DNA of 64,000 nucleotides from the NCBI GenBank assembly GCA_900544595.1, contig UQVQ01000003.1:10042-74041 (forward strand), written 5' to 3'. The DNA comes from an uncultured Bacillota bacterium. GTDB lineage: Bacteria > Bacillota > Clostridia > Christensenellales > UBA1242. Shown one piece after another: positions 60,375 to 64,000 of this stretch. The position numbers were made by a program, and so were the translations under genes. Position 1 is the stretch's first letter; each line of letters begins with the position of its first letter. The notes under the pieces were generated by a model that saw nothing but the letters and a program-made list of their open reading frames with translations, made no database searches and was not told where the DNA came from.

Positions 60375-63056
60375 TTATTCGAAGATTTTTCTAATTGTGT
60401 CTGGCGCTTCAATTTGCATCATTGTTCTGCTCATTGCGCCTGTTATGAAGAAGCATTGACCAACCCCAGCAGTGACAATGCTGTTTTGCTCCTCCGCGTT
60501 AATTTCGCCCGATTTACGATACAACTCAACAAGGTCGTTCAAGTCGTTTGGAGAAAGCGAGAAAATCATTGAATATTGGCTGGCGTTAATAACAGCTGTT
60601 GATTGACGTTGAATTTCTGGTGTTCCAACAAAGTCTTTAATATTTTGCGTGATAACAATTTGCATTCCTGAATATTTACGAATACGTTTTGCCATTTGCG
60701 CCATGAAATCCAAAGCGATTGGATATTCTGGGTTAATGAAAACGTGGGCTTCATCAACAGCAACAATAATTTTTCTGTTTGTTTTGAAATGGATGTTAAA
60801 ATCTCTGTTTTTAATAATTTCGTTGTCTAAATATTTGAAAATTAAAAGCATTTGTGCGTTAGCAATAACTTCGTTTCGGTTTGCAAGAAGAGAACGGAAA
60901 TTGAACGAAACAAAATTTTCTTTTGTTGAAATTGAAGTTGGTCCGTTCCAAAGATTACTATTTCTTCCGCCCGTTGCGAATTTTTTAATGTAGGTTTGAA
61001 TTGTTAAGAGGTTTCTTTTGTGATATGCGTCAGTTTCTTTTTCAATTCTATCATTTATGATTGCATACAAATCATCAAATATTGGATAGTCTTCTGGTTT
61101 AAGTTTTTCAAAGTCGGATTTTGAGCTGATTCCTTTCTCGTTATACATTTCAACAACAAGCGAGTTTAAAGCCTCGAACGAATCGCTATCGATTCCGTTA
61201 AGAATAACTTTAAAGAATTGTTCAAGGAATTGAAGGTGGGTTGAAAATGTGTCGGATTCCGACTTGAGTTTAAGTTTTCCATCGTCAATTTCCTCTTCGT
61301 CTTCTTCGTCCAGAACTTCGTTAACATCTTTAATGTCATCTTTAAGCGTTGTCATAATATGGAATGGATTGATAATTCCCATTGCCGACGATCCAACATC
61401 AATAACCTTGCCTTGCAATCTGCCTGCAAGGATTGTGTATTCGTCTTCTGGGTCGAGAATAAAGATTTTGGTGTTATCTGCTGCAAAGTTTGTTAAAAGA
61501 GTTTTTGTTGCGAAGGATTTACCAGAACCAGATTTTCCAACAATCATCATATTACTGTTAACCCTGTCGCGATTTCTAACGAAGAAGTCAACGAAAATTG
61601 GATATTCATTATAACCAATATAGAATCCGTCCTTATCTTGAAGCGCGCCCGAAATAAATGGGAAAATTGCTGCAAGAGTTGTTGTTGGGATTCCACGCAT
61701 TGTTTCTTTAATGTTATCTCTCATTGAGATGTTGGAACTGATAAACCCATCAACCTGACGTCCGAAAAGTTCTGAAATTTTAAAGCCCTCTTGCTTCAAA
61801 ATTGCTTTAACTTCCTTTCTTGCCGCCTCTTCGCAAATAACATAGGTGTTAACATCGAAAAGTTGTTCGTTGTTATTTTTAAGACTAACAAGAAGTTGTT
61901 TCAAGGTTTCACGGTGTGTTTCATTTTCAATAACTCGACTGCTCTTTGCGGAATATGAAGCCTTGCTTTCCATTTCCATAATTGCCTTATCGATGTTTTT
62001 TTCGGCTTTCAACTTTTGAACTGGTTTAATTTTAACAATAACTTTTGTTCTGTCTTGCGAGAAAAAGTTAAATCCCCAAGCATTTGGAACATTAAGCGGA
62101 TAGTCGCTGATAACAAATTGGCGATAGCCTCTTCCATCAATATTATATCCTGCCGCTTTGAATTTAAGTTCTTTTGGAATAGCCCAATCATAGTATTTAT
62201 TCATTGGAATTGCGTCAAGTTCTCTTTCGTCGAATTCTTTTCCAAAGGTTGCTTTAACGAAAACAACAAGGTCGCGTCCAGCAAGACGACGAGTTGTCAT
62301 TGGAGTTGCAGAATTTGAAAGCGTTGTCATAATTCCGTTAACAGTTGTTTCCAAAATCTCTCGGTCTTTTCCATAAACAACGAAATAGTAGTAATCTTTA
62401 TAAACTTTTTCCTGGCGGTTCATGGCTTCAACTCTTGAAACCCTGTCCTCGAAAATTCCCGCTCTTGCCTCAACTTCTTTTGCGGTCATTTCGCCTTCAA
62501 CTTGAAGGTCCATAAGTGAATCATACTTTCTGTCTTCAACATAAACATAGTTATCTAAAATCATCGCTTTGCTAAGCTTAACAATGTTTGCTGTTTGATT
62601 TTCCGTTAAACGACGAAGAGCGTTCGCAAATGTTTCAATAAGCATATTTTGTTTAAATTCATTCAAAAGCCCAAATTCAACAGGGGTTATTTCAATAACT
62701 TGAGCGGAATAATCGCCATAATTAATAAATCTGTCCTTATCAAATCCAACAAAAGGAATGATTGATGAAATGTTTGATTCCTCTTTCTTTGCTTCTTTTG
62801 AATATTTTTTCTTTTGCGCGAAAAAGCGGAATAAATAGCCTAATGTGTAGTAAAAACGAATTCCATCGGCAACAGGAAGGAAAAGACTGAATGCAACAAT
62901 AAGCCAGCCAACACCAACCCAAACGTGATATGGAAAATTCGCAGTGAAAAGAGCAACCGCAACGCCAACGCCAATGAATGCAAAAATAACATCGGTTAAT
63001 GTGACGCCCTTAATAAACTCTGTTTTAACCTTAATTTTTCTAGGAATTATTCTCAT
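60375..63056 (-). CDS. Type IV secretion / conjugation ATPase of the VirB4 (TrsE/PrgJ/ConE) family fused to an N-terminal PrgI/VirB3-like two-TM module
   Basis: N-terminus KVKTEFIKGVTLTDVIFAFIGVGVAVALF...WVGVGWLIVAFSLFLPV; Walker A MMIVGKSGSGKSFATKTLL; ILDPEDEY; GIINPFHI; Walker B IIVAVDEAHVFI; RKYSGMQIVITQNIKDF. I chose the ATG at 63056 after TGGAGG; the track start at 63086 is TTG. Confidence 0.85.
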   Translation of the reverse strand: MRIIPRKIKVKTEFIKGVTLTDVIFAFIGVGVAVALFTANFPYHVWVGVGWLIVAFSLFLPVADGIRFYYTLGYLFRFFAQKKKYSKEAKKEESNISSIIPFVGFDKDRFINYGDYSAQVIEITPVEFGLLNEFKQNMLIETFANALRRLTENQTANIVKLSKAMILDNYVYVEDRKYDSLMDLQVEGEMTAKEVEARAGIFEDRVSRVEAMNRQEKVYKDYYYFVVYGKDREILETTVNGIMTTLSNSATPMTTRRLAGRDLVVFVKATFGKEFDERELDAIPMNKYYDWAIPKELKFKAAGYNIDGRGYRQFVISDYPLNVPNAWGFNFFSQDRTKVIVKIKPVQKLKAEKNIDKAIMEMESKASYSAKSSRVIENETHRETLKQLLVSLKNNNEQLFDVNTYVICEEAARKEVKAILKQEGFKISELFGRQVDGFISSNISMRDNIKETMRGIPTTTLAAIFPFISGALQDKDGFYIGYNEYPIFVDFFVRNRDRVNSNMMIVGKSGSGKSFATKTLLTNFAADNTKIFILDPEDEYTILAGRLQGKVIDVGSSAMGIINPFHIMTTLKDDIKDVNEVLDEEDEEEIDDGKLKLKSESDTFSTHLQFLEQFFKVILNGIDSDSFEALNSLVVEMYNEKGISSKSDFEKLKPEDYPIFDDLYAIINDRIEKETDAYHKRNLLTIQTYIKKFATGGRNSNLWNGPTSISTKENFVSFNFRSLLANRNEVIANAQMLLIFKYLDNEIIKNRDFNIHFKTNRKIIVAVDEAHVFINPEYPIALDFMAQMAKRIRKYSGMQIVITQNIKDFVGTPEIQRQSTAVINASQYSMIFSLSPNDLNDLVELYRKSGEINAEEQNSIVTAGVGQCFFITGAMSRTMMQIEAPDTIRKIFE

Positions 63057-63136
63057 AAAACCTCCAGTTGCCCCTAAAATCAACAATTTATCTAAATATT
63101 ATTATATACAATTATAAACTAATAACAAAGCAAAAT

Positions 63137-64000
63137 TTAATTTTTATAAACTAAAAGTGAGTTTTCTGTCATTTCTTTTGGCTTTTTAACCCCAAGAAGA
63201 TCTAAAACAGTTGGGGAAACATTTGCAAGTTTCCCATTTTGCACCAATTCACATTTTTTAAAACGTTTACTTGCAAGAATGAAAATAACTGGATTTGTTG
63301 TGTGGGCTGTAACAACTTTTCCATTTTCAAACATAAGTTCTGCGTTGCCGTGGTCCGCCGTAACAATTGCATCTCCCCCCGCTTTAAGAGTTGCCTTAAC
63401 AATTAAATCTGTGCATTTGTCAACATATTTAATTGCCTTTTTCGTTGCAATAAAATCGCCAGTGTGCCCAATCATATCTGGGTTTGAAAGGTTGATTAAA
63501 ACAAAGTCATATCTCTTACTTTTAATTGCCGAAACTGCTTTTTGAGTTATTTCTTTTGCTCTCATTTTTGGAACGGACGAAAAATTTTGAACATTTATGC
63601 TTTCAACAAGCGTTCGATCTTCTCCTGGGAAAGGTTTTTCAATCCCCCCGTTAAAGAAAAATGTTACGTGGGCATATTTTGTTGTTTCCGCAATTCGAAG
63701 TTGTTTAAAATTATTCTTTGCAAGAACTTCGGAAAGACAGTTCTTAACTTTTTCTGGCTTAAAAATAACATTAACGTTCTTAAAAGTTTTGTCATATTCC
63801 GCCATTGTTGCAACAAAAAGATTTTCAAGTTTTTTGCGTTCAAACGCCTTGAAATTCTTTTGTGAAAGCGCCGAAATAAGTTCGCGCATTCTGTCTGTTC
63901 TAAAATTATATGAAATTATAACGTCGCCGCTTTCAATGTCTGGGCTTCCAATAAGTTTAATTGGAGGCATAAATTCATCATAAACGCCTTTGTGATAGTT
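63137..64000 (-). CDS. gpmI: 2,3-bisphosphoglycerate-independent phosphoglycerate mutase, C-terminal part (5' end beyond the right edge)
   Basis: NLSNPDMIGHTGD, TADHGNAE, TAHTTNPV. The reading frame stays open from 63970 to base 64000 (..NYHKGVYDEFMPPI..). Confidence 0.9.
   Translation of the reverse strand, partial: NYHKGVYDEFMPPIKLIGSPDIESGDVIISYNFRTDRMRELISALSQKNFKAFERKKLENLFVATMAEYDKTFKNVNVIFKPEKVKNCLSEVLAKNNFKQLRIAETTKYAHVTFFFNGGIEKPFPGEDRTLVESINVQNFSSVPKMRAKEITQKAVSAIKSKRYDFVLINLSNPDMIGHTGDFIATKKAIKYVDKCTDLIVKATLKAGGDAIVTADHGNAELMFENGKVVTAHTTNPVIFILASKRFKKCELVQNGKLANVSPTVLDLLGVKKPKEMTENSLLVYKN

Noticed and set aside
60236-64000. Interpreting the VirB4-like gene as part of an intact integrative conjugative element or prophage.
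   Set aside because: No relaxase, coupling protein, integrase, VirB6/VirD4-like or cell-wall hydrolase genes and no flanking repeats are visible. The neighbours are greA and gpmI, and the composition matches the host. It is therefore reported as an orphan rather than as a mobile element.

Overview
This window looks like a low-GC Firmicutes chromosome, probably a Clostridia-like spore-former, read with the standard genetic code. The tRNA genes encode their CCA ends and most genes have strong GGAGG-type ribosome-binding sites. Sporulation markers are yqfC, yqfD and an M50 SpoIVFB-like protease.

The core of the window (11.6-27.3 kb, minus strand) is a complete S10-spc-alpha ribosomal protein supercluster running rpsJ to rplQ. 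It includes secY, adk, map, a small KOW protein, infA, rpmJ and rpoA. rpmJ is missing from the ORF track because it is under 60 aa.

Other housekeeping genes:
- type IIA topoisomerase subunits: a ParC-like A subunit and a ParE/GyrB-like B subunit
- ileS (long, type-2-like), cysS, era, ybeY, clpC, greA, lgt, tsaE, tsaB, rimI
- pepF, a U32 peptidase, two RluA-family pseudouridine synthases, an RNA methyltransferase
- alkaline phosphatase and the 3' part of gpmI

RNA genes: a Bacillus-type long SRP RNA, tRNA-Glu(CUC), tRNA-Val(UAC), tRNA-Trp(CCA) and an unusual tRNA-Leu with anticodon AAG. I saw no rRNA, CRISPR array, transposase or integrase.

The most unusual items:
1. An intact-looking PrgI/VirB3-like::VirB4 type IV secretion ATPase stands alone between gpmI and greA.
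2. A tRNA-Glu 3'-end duplication encloses a GC-rich tRNA-like scar.
3. An AT-rich, membrane-anchored SF1 helicase-nuclease gene is cut by the left edge of the window.
4. A mazF toxin is paired with a non-canonical upstream partner.
5. The ParC-like gene has a roughly 130-150 aa acidic N-terminal extension and is followed by three uncharacterised small genes.
6. Several promoters place an extended -10 box exactly 6 nt before an ATG that lacks an SD, suggesting leaderless mRNAs.
7. An intrinsic terminator sits inside the greA leader.
8. The L24 protein has four cysteines and an Ala/Lys-rich tail.

I cannot point to a clear novel multi-gene system. The orphan VirB4 and the ParC-linked small-gene module are the best candidates.

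All family assignments rest on motifs read by eye. No database search was possible, and RNA ends and promoter or terminator coordinates are approximate (a few nt).
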